Under the pieces are notes generated by a model. That model was not told the origin of the DNA. It did no database searches and saw only the letters and a list, made by a program, of their open reading frames with translations. The translations under genes and the position numbers were made by a program. A stretch of DNA of 12,300 bases, taken from Bdellovibrionia bacterium. Lineage in GTDB: Bacteria; Bdellovibrionota; UBA1018. Shown one piece after another: positions 6,757 through 12,300 of the stretch; the stretch's first letter is position 1, and each line of letters begins with the position of its first letter. The DNA is taken from positions 1 through 12,300 of the forward strand of contig JBJMMA010000135.1 in NCBI GenBank assembly GCA_045805065.1. The letters run 5' to 3'.

Positions 6757-8802
6757 TTACCCTACTCCGCTCGGATCCACATCCACGACGAGTGGCCATT
6801 TTTGCTGAAAACACATTTCACGCGCCCGCCAGATCGCTTTCTGAAGATTTTTAATCTCAGTTGATTTAATGAGCAGATCCCACCGGTAGATTCCCTTGGC
6901 CCGCTCCAAAAAAGCTTCGCTTGGACCTAAAATCTCAAAGTCTGCGCCAATTGGGGCAGGTTCAGCCGTGCGGGGCATGATCATATTGGCCACGGCTTGA
7001 GAGCGCTGTTGAGCCTCGCCTCGGTCCTTGCTCTCAAAGCGAAGGCGCGCCATACGTCCAAACGGTGGATAATTCAGCGCCTGTCTGAGCTGCCTTTCTG
7101 TTTCCAGAAAGTCATCCTCAGGAAGTGTTCCTTTCACTGCCTGAAGTACGGGATGATCAGGAGAAAAGGTCTGGATAAGAACGCGACCTGGCTTTTGACC
7201 GCGCCCAGCGCGGCCTGCCACCTGTCTCAAGATCTGGTATGCGCGCTCAGGGGCTTTGAAATCCGGCCAACGGAAGAGCCCATCTGCAAGCACGACAACA
7301 ACTAAGGTGACGTTTGGAAAGTCATGGCCTTTGACCAGCATCTGCGTGCCTAAAAGCGCATTGGCTTTTCCGGCGCGAAAATCCTCGAGGATCTTCTCAA
7401 GACGCGTGGCGCTTGTGACCTGATCGCGATCCAGTCTCAGAGGGATCATATTGGGGATGAGCTTTGGAAGCTCATCTTCCAGGCTTTCCGTTCCTGCACC
7501 CATCGCTTGAAGAGTTGTGCCTTGGCACTTGGAGCAGGTATCTGGTGGAGTTTCCTGGTGACCGCAAACATGGCAACGAAGCTTGGCCATGCGTCGATGC
7601 ACGGTGAGCGAGATCGAGCAATTCGGGCAACCTCGAACCTCGCCACAATCCTGGCAAATGAGAAAGGCAGCAAAGCCGCGGCGATTGAGAAAAACCATCG
7701 CCTGCTCACCCGCCTCAAGCGTCTTTTGGATGGTCTCAATGGTTCGGCGTGCAAAGGGAGCCTGAAGATCCTCGATCTTTTCTTCTTCAGCCAGATTGAC
7801 GATATCAATCTCTGGAAGCTGGCTTGCGCCGATTCGGGTGTGAAGATGCGCTACCGAGTAACGGCCTTCAACGACACGCTGGCGCGTTTCAAGGCTCGGG
7901 GTTGCGGATCCCAAAATGGCAAACGAGCGGCTGATCCGTGAACGGACCACGGCAAGATCGCGCGCATTATAACGAACGCGATCCTCTTGCTTGTAGGTGG
8001 GATCATGCTCTTCATCAACAACGATGAGTCCCAGGTTCTGAACCGGCGCGAAAATCGCGGATCTTGCGCCTACAACGACCCGCACTTCGCCGGATCTCAA
8101 GGCAGCACTCAGGTCGCGACGGCGACCATCGGCCACGGCTGAGTGCCAAAGAGCAACGGACACGCCCAGGCCTTCTTCAAAGCGTCGATGAAGCTGCGAA
8201 GTGAGCGCGATTTCTGGAACAAGAAGAAGAACCCCTTTTCCTTCAGCCAGCACGCGACGAGCGACTTCAAGATAGAGCTCTGTTTTTCCGCTTCCTGTAA
8301 TTCCATGAAGAAGCGATACGCGCAGAGGCTGGTCTGAAAGACGAGTTTTCTCCAAAAGCTCAAGTGCTGCTTTTTGAGGATCGGTCAGAGGATGCGCGCG
8401 AATGATTCCCTCGAACTCTCCCAAAGAGCGCGCCTGTTTTTTGGACTTCAGTCCGAGCGCCGCGGGAGGAGCCGCGCAATGCAGAACCTCACCCAAAGGC
8501 GCACAATAGTAATCATGCGCCCATTTACAGAGCTCAAGTACGTCCTTTGGAAAGATCACGCCTTGGTCACTGACCTCCAAAACGTCTTTCAAGCTCTCGG
8601 CGCTCAGTCCTGCAGGAAGCTGATGAATCTTCTTAGGTGGCTCAACGATAAAGGCGTGAGTCGCCTTGCGACCGAATGGGACTTTCACCCATCCGCCCAC
8701 CTGGACGCTTGAGAGCATTTCCTCAGGCAATCGATAGGTGAACAATCCTTCGACTGGTCTTGGAATGGCTACAGATAGGATGTACTGAGACTGCGTCGTC
8801 AC
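6757..8802 (-). CDS. priA: Primosomal protein N' (replication restart helicase)
   Basis: N-terminal 3'-binding domain (FTY..P....G..V.VPFG), Walker [36 protein letters not shown] followed by four CxxC pairs, [24 protein letters not shown]-terminal VDVDP. Confidence 0.98.
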   Translation of the reverse strand: MTTQSQYILSVAIPRPVEGLFTYRLPEEMLSSVQVGGWVKVPFGRKATHAFIVEPPKKIHQLPAGLSAESLKDVLEVSDQGVIFPKDVLELCKWAHDYYCAPLGEVLHCAAPPAALGLKSKKQARSLGEFEGIIRAHPLTDPQKAALELLEKTRLSDQPLRVSLLHGITGSGKTELYLEVARRVLAEGKGVLLLVPEIALTSQLHRRFEEGLGVSVALWHSAVADGRRRDLSAALRSGEVRVVVGARSAIFAPVQNLGLIVVDEEHDPTYKQEDRVRYNARDLAVVRSRISRSFAILGSATPSLETRQRVVEGRYSVAHLHTRIGASQLPEIDIVNLAEEEKIEDLQAPFARRTIETIQKTLEAGEQAMVFLNRRGFAAFLICQDCGEVRGCPNCSISLTVHRRMAKLRCHVCGHQETPPDTCSKCQGTTLQAMGAGTESLEDELPKLIPNMIPLRLDRDQVTSATRLEKILEDFRAGKANALLGTQMLVKGHDFPNVTLVVVVLADGLFRWPDFKAPERAYQILRQVAGRAGRGQKPGRVLIQTFSPDHPVLQAVKGTLPEDDFLETERQLRQALNYPPFGRMARLRFESKDRGEAQQRSQAVANMIMPRTAEPAPIGADFEILGPSEAFLERAKGIYRWDLLIKSTEIKNLQKAIWRAREMCFQQKWPLVVDVDPSGVG

Positions 8803-9647
8803 CGAACCAACCGATAGTACGTCTCGATCAGATCACGAACTTGGGATGGGACTGAGCGTCCGGCTTCCGTGAATCCTTCGCCGCGCTCTTTTGGAAATTC
8901 CGCGCCAGAAGTGTTTGGATCCAGGATCACATCCATCAGCTCAGCTTTCAGAATCGGCGCTTTCTTTCCGACTTCGTAAAGCGTTCCCAGACGAGGATAA
9001 GCGTACTCGTCATAGTATTTGAAGTTCTCCATCTGAAAGTCATAAAGCTGCGATTCGCCGCGCGCCGGAGCAATCACTCTCACGGGAATGAACGTATCTT
9101 TCTCAATCCAGAGCTGCGCCGTTTTTCCAAGTACCCAGGCTACCGAGTGATTCCAGCGGTGCAGGCTCATCTTGTCGCCACCGGTGTTTTCTTCGGTGGC
9201 GTTGGCATCTCTTCCAACCGGGATTTGAATGCCGACAGACTTGAGAACCGATGCCATGCGAACGGAATTGGTATCGAAGAGGACTTCAGCTGCGACTGGG
9301 ATCTTGGCGCTTTTTGGTCCCACGTTTGTTACGCGCTCGACCGAGTAAAGAACCCTCCCGCCCTCATCGATGATCCAGCTGCGAAGAGTTCCATCCTTTG
9401 CGTTCGCGAAAGTGATTTCACGAAGGCGCACGCCGTTTGGATTTCCGTTTCCATCCAGTCCAATCACGTTGGTGCGGACACGGATCGTTGAATACGAGAG
9501 ATGCTTCTTGGCAACTTCATGAAGAATGAAGCTTGCGGGCGGAATATACGCCCAGGCAGACATCGAAACCCAACTGAGACCTGCCAAAAGAAGGCCGGCC
9601 GTAACTGCAAACCGATAAGTGCGCATAAATAGGGGCATGCGCACCAT
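8799..9647 (-). CDS. Exported hypothetical protein, possibly LolA-like fold
   Basis: 282 aa; signal peptide ending AWA|Y; '[14 protein letters not shown]' resembles the W-I-D-x-x-T-x-x-P strand of LolA-like carriers; GTGA overlap with priA. Confidence 0.75.
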   Translation of the reverse strand: MVRMPLFMRTYRFAVTAGLLLAGLSWVSMSAWAYIPPASFILHEVAKKHLSYSTIRVRTNVIGLDGNGNPNGVRLREITFANAKDGTLRSWIIDEGGRVLYSVERVTNVGPKSAKIPVAAEVLFDTNSVRMASVLKSVGIQIPVGRDANATEENTGGDKMSLHRWNHSVAWVLGKTAQLWIEKDTFIPVRVIAPARGESQLYDFQMENFKYYDEYAYPRLGTLYEVGKKAPILKAELMDVILDPNTSGAEFPKERGEGFTEAGRSVPSQVRDLIETYYRLVR

Positions 9648-9659
9648 TTTCCCAGTTTG

Positions 9660-10529
9660 TCAGGTCGAGGACAAATGCTTTTTCATCAGTTCGCGAACTG
9701 CTGGGGCAAGTTCTGGTCGTTTGAGGGCAAAAGCCAGGGTCGCGTCAATAAAACCGATGCGATCGCCAGTATCATAGCGGGTTCCCTCAAACTGATAGGC
9801 CAAAAGCTTCTCGCGTTGCGCCAGAAGCTGGAGTCCATCGGTCAACTGGATTTCCCCACCTTTGCCAGGTTTAGTTTCCTTCAGGCAGTTGAAAATGGCC
9901 GGCGACAGGACATAGCGGCCCGGAATAGCCAAACGAGACGGCGCATCGGCCACTGCTGGCTTCTCAACCAGTCTTTCAACGTGGGTCAGACCCTGACCTA
10001 CGGTCTTACCGGCAACGATGCCGTATTTGGAAACGTCTTCTCGAGGCACTTCCATCACTGCCACAACGGATGCGCGCTCACGCTCATAGATTTCGGTGAG
10101 CTGGCGCGTGCAAGGGATCTTGGAATCAATCAGGTCATCGCCCAAAAGCACCGCAAAAGGCTCATTGCCTACGATCGGTTCGGCGCAAAGGACGGCATGA
10201 CCCAGTCCCATGGGATTTTTTTGACGGACCGAGATGATGTTGCACATCTTTCCGACCTTGCGGGAGATCTCGGCCAGTTCTGTTTTGTGTTTCTTATCGA
10301 GCGTGTCTTCGAGCTCGTAGTTGTAATCAAAGTGGTTCTCAATCGCCTCTTTTTGGCGAGCCGTGATGAGAATGACTTCGGTGATTCCAGCCGCGACCGC
10401 CTCTTCGACGATGTGCTGAATCATGGGGACGTCCACAATCGGAATCATTTCCTTAGGAACTGCTTTGGTGGCGGGTAGAAAACGCGTACCCAGTCCTGCG
10501 GCCGGAATGACTGCTTTGCGGATCTTCAA
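9660..10529 (-). CDS. galU: UTP--glucose-1-phosphate uridylyltransferase
   Basis: KAVIPAAGLGTRFLPATKAVPKEM, RQ..P.GLGHAV, LGDD, LVEKP, GGEIQLTD motifs; GGGGA SD before the TTG start. Confidence 0.97.
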   Translation of the reverse strand: MKIRKAVIPAAGLGTRFLPATKAVPKEMIPIVDVPMIQHIVEEAVAAGITEVILITARQKEAIENHFDYNYELEDTLDKKHKTELAEISRKVGKMCNIISVRQKNPMGLGHAVLCAEPIVGNEPFAVLLGDDLIDSKIPCTRQLTEIYERERASVVAVMEVPREDVSKYGIVAGKTVGQGLTHVERLVEKPAVADAPSRLAIPGRYVLSPAIFNCLKETKPGKGGEIQLTDGLQLLAQREKLLAYQFEGTRYDTGDRIGFIDATLAFALKRPELAPAVRELMKKHLSST

Positions 10530-10549
10530 ATCTTTTCCCCTAGCTCAAG

Positions 10550-10945
10550 TTATTCGTAGTCTCGAACGTTCGAAATGCGACGTTGCTCAGACTCTAACTC
10601 GGCCTTGCAGTCAATGCAAAGGGTAGTGAAAGGAAAGGCTTTTATGCGAGCTTCGGAGATTTCCTCATCACATTGCTCGCAGGTGCCAAACACTCCGGAT
10701 TCAATCCGGCGAAGGGCCTCATCAATCTGGCGAAGCACATCGCGCTCGCGGTTTTTGAGGCTAGTGATCACCGTACGATCCGAATCGGCAGATGCTTGAT
10801 CCACCGAATCCGCGAAAGTAGGTTCATCATCAATGAAATCCTGCGTGGCTTGGCGCAAGTCTTGGGCAAGTGCCTCACGACGGCTCAATAATAATCCCTT
10901 GACGCTTTCCAGCTTTTCCCTGCGTAATGTCATATATGGCGCCAT
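10550..10945 (-). CDS. dksA: RNA polymerase-binding transcription factor DksA (TraR/DksA C4 zinc finger)
   Basis: Coiled-coil tip DxxDxA (DSVDQA), AL.RI..G.FG.CEQC...I...R..A.P...LCIDC. Start may be the second ATG at 10933. Confidence 0.9.
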   Translation of the reverse strand: MAPYMTLRREKLESVKGLLLSRREALAQDLRQATQDFIDDEPTFADSVDQASADSDRTVITSLKNRERDVLRQIDEALRRIESGVFGTCEQCDEEISEARIKAFPFTTLCIDCKAELESEQRRISNVRDYE

Positions 10946-10990
10946 GCCTTAACGTTTTTTAAATATGATGTAAACAAAAAAGACTACGCT

Positions 10991-11839
10991 ATGCGTCACA
11001 TTCTCACCCTGATCTTTTTCTTGTCAATTCCAGCACTTGCATCAGATTTTCAGTCCGCTAGGACCGCAGGTCTCGGCGGCGCGGGCCACGCGGCACCGAT
11101 GTTGACGGACTCCATTTACCTGAATCCATCTTTCACCCCATTTCTTCATGCCCAAGTAGGAAGCTTTAACTACGGTTTCTACAAAGGCGGCGATGAGCAA
11201 CCGGATGGATCCCGATCCATTCACGGCAAGATTTGGAACGTCTCCATTCAAGACGGGCGCAACGAGTTCTTTCAGGCTGGCGTGGGTTTCACCAAACGCG
11301 AAGACGCCAAGTACATCAATGTCGGCGCCTCTAAAATGGTCATAGAAAAGCTGGGTTTGGGCCTCGGTGGCAAGTTCATCCTGCCTAACTCAGGAAACGG
11401 CAGCCAAGCCCAGGACTTCAACGTCTCTGGAACCTTCCTCGCAACGGATTGGGCGGTGGTTTCATTCATGGCCGACAATCTGATCGACAGTCAGGGCGTA
11501 AAGAATCAAAACCTCTATCGCGAGCTCACCCTGGGCACGAAGTTCAACATCAAGAACATCATGCTGATCTACGTCGATCCGCACTACGCCAAGAACGCCC
11601 CTGGCTCAGACTTTGGTTACGAGAACGGAATCGAACTCACTCCGTTCACCGATCTTTTCATCCGTTTCGGGATGTTCCGCGCATCCAATATCCCAGAGCT
11701 TCAGAACGCTCGCGGACGTGGATACGGATTCGGTGTTGGCTGGGTTGCGCCTAAGCTTTCGCTCGACTACGGACTGAAGCGCACGCTCGAGCCCGTTCAG
11801 AACAACACCCACAACGTGAGCATGACCGTCTACTTCTAA
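10991..11839 (+). CDS. Outer-membrane beta-barrel protein, FadL/PorV/TraF-like superfamily
   Basis: Signal peptide ending ALA|S; N-terminal 'SARTAGLGGAG...DSIYLNPS' hatch motif (AR..GMGGA...NPA type); amphipathic beta-strands; terminal Phe BAM signal (SMTVYF). Confidence 0.78.
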   Translation: MRHILTLIFFLSIPALASDFQSARTAGLGGAGHAAPMLTDSIYLNPSFTPFLHAQVGSFNYGFYKGGDEQPDGSRSIHGKIWNVSIQDGRNEFFQAGVGFTKREDAKYINVGASKMVIEKLGLGLGGKFILPNSGNGSQAQDFNVSGTFLATDWAVVSFMADNLIDSQGVKNQNLYRELTLGTKFNIKNIMLIYVDPHYAKNAPGSDFGYENGIELTPFTDLFIRFGMFRASNIPELQNARGRGYGFGVGWVAPKLSLDYGLKRTLEPVQNNTHNVSMTVYF

Positions 11840-12075
11840 AAGGTGGTCGCCTCCTTTTTGTAGCGTACGCGCGTCATTACTGCCGAGAACTTGAGCAAAA
11901 CAAAACGAGCTGAGAATTAAGATAAAGCCCTCGTTGTGACATCCTGTCACATTCCCATTCGGCATCCTGCCTGGGAACGACTCGGGTTTTATCTTAATTC
12001 TCAGCTCGTTTTGTTTTGTTCGAGTTTCGGACCTTGCTGCGGGCGCGCTACCAAAAGGAGGCGACCACCTTTTGG
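11836..12075. repeat. ~240-bp nested palindromic element (candidate MITE/REPIN-like element or structured RNA)
   Basis: 11838-11858 pairs perfectly with 12053-12073 (21 bp), extended by 11860-11866/12045-12051. 11896-11926 pairs perfectly with 11988-12018 (31 bp) within a stem 11883-11930/11984-12030. Two apical hairpins at 11935-11951 and 11952-11977. The inverted repeat is certain; its class is not. Confidence 0.9.
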
Positions 12076-12077
12076 CG

Positions 12078-12300
12078 TTACTTTCCGAAGAAGACTTTTG
12101 GTGCGCCACTGACGGGATTGGATCCGATCACTAGATCGGCGCCGGGATAAAGCTTTTTGAGATTTGGCTCTGTGAGAGTTTCGCGCATTGGACCGTAGGC
12201 GATCTTGCCCTGCCCTCTTGGGCCTAAGAGTAACGCTTTGTCGGCCCACTCGGCGGCTAAGTTCACATCGTGGGATACGAGTACGACGGAGTAGCCTTGC
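12078..12300 (-). CDS. ABC transporter ATP-binding protein, iron-chelate/heme/cobalamin type (3' part; starts beyond right edge)
   Basis: Frame is open to the window edge: QGYSVVLVSHDVNLAAEWADKALLL...G.....LT..NL..LY. This is the H-loop 'SHD.NLA...AD' and C-terminal signature of FepC/HmuV/BtuD-like ATPases. Confidence 0.88.
   Translation of the reverse strand, partial: QGYSVVLVSHDVNLAAEWADKALLLGPRGQGKIAYGPMRETLTEPNLKKLYPGADLVIGSNPVSGAPKVFFGK

Noticed and set aside
9657..10478. Long antisense ORFs (273 aa opposite galU, also 278-691, 3378-3857, 6295-6864, 7507-7941)
   Set aside because: Shadow frames of well-supported genes on the other strand, with no motifs.
11860..11863. GTAG (and CTAC at 12048-12051) as a GTAG-family REP signature
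   Set aside because: In GTAG REPs the tetranucleotide precedes a conserved hairpin; here the following sequences diverge between arms and form no shared hairpin.
11935..11951. TGTGA-N7-TCACA as a CRP/FNR-type operator
   Set aside because: Spacer is 7 rather than 6 nt, it lies between convergent 3' ends, and it is better explained as one of two hairpins sharing CATCCTG.
11836..12075. Palindrome as 6S RNA, SRP RNA, riboswitch, integron attC or CRISPR
   Set aside because: Stems are far more perfect than 6S; no SRP domain IV motif; it lies 3' of both genes so is not a riboswitch position; no RYYYAAC/GTTRRRY ends or integrase; no repeat-spacer periodicity or cas genes.
11606..12249. Minus-strand ORFs 11606-12109 and 12001-12249 running through the palindrome
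   Set aside because: They overlap real genes out of frame or antisense, have no recognisable motifs and no clear SD.
12078..12266. 62-aa ORF as a complete small protein
   Set aside because: The frame stays open to the window edge; the GTG is an internal Val of the ABC ATPase H-loop region.

Overview
Bacterial chromosomal window of mostly housekeeping and cell-envelope genes; gene content suggests a Bdellovibrionota/deltaproteobacteria-like diderm (inference only). Left to right: 5' part of a RimJ/RimL-type GNAT acetyltransferase (-), a small secreted hypothetical protein (+), a bidirectional terminator, an ArnT/PMT-like membrane glycosyltransferase, fmt, def and a lone lptG (all -), lepB (+), a probable five-gene minus-strand operon (dksA, galU, exported hypothetical, priA, CFI-box-CTERM protein), a FadL/PorV-like outer-membrane beta-barrel (+), and the 3' end of an iron/heme/cobalamin-type ABC ATPase (-). 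The one structure these genes do not explain is a ~240-bp nested palindrome (11836-12075) filling the gap between the last two, convergent genes. It has perfect 21-bp and 31-bp stems, mismatches that are almost all G-U on the + strand, self-palindromic termini, and an apex of two small hairpins whose loops read CAGGAUG on the - strand. It is a candidate MITE/REPIN-like element or structured RNA. Several genes also appear to have extended -10 promoters just before SD-less start codons.
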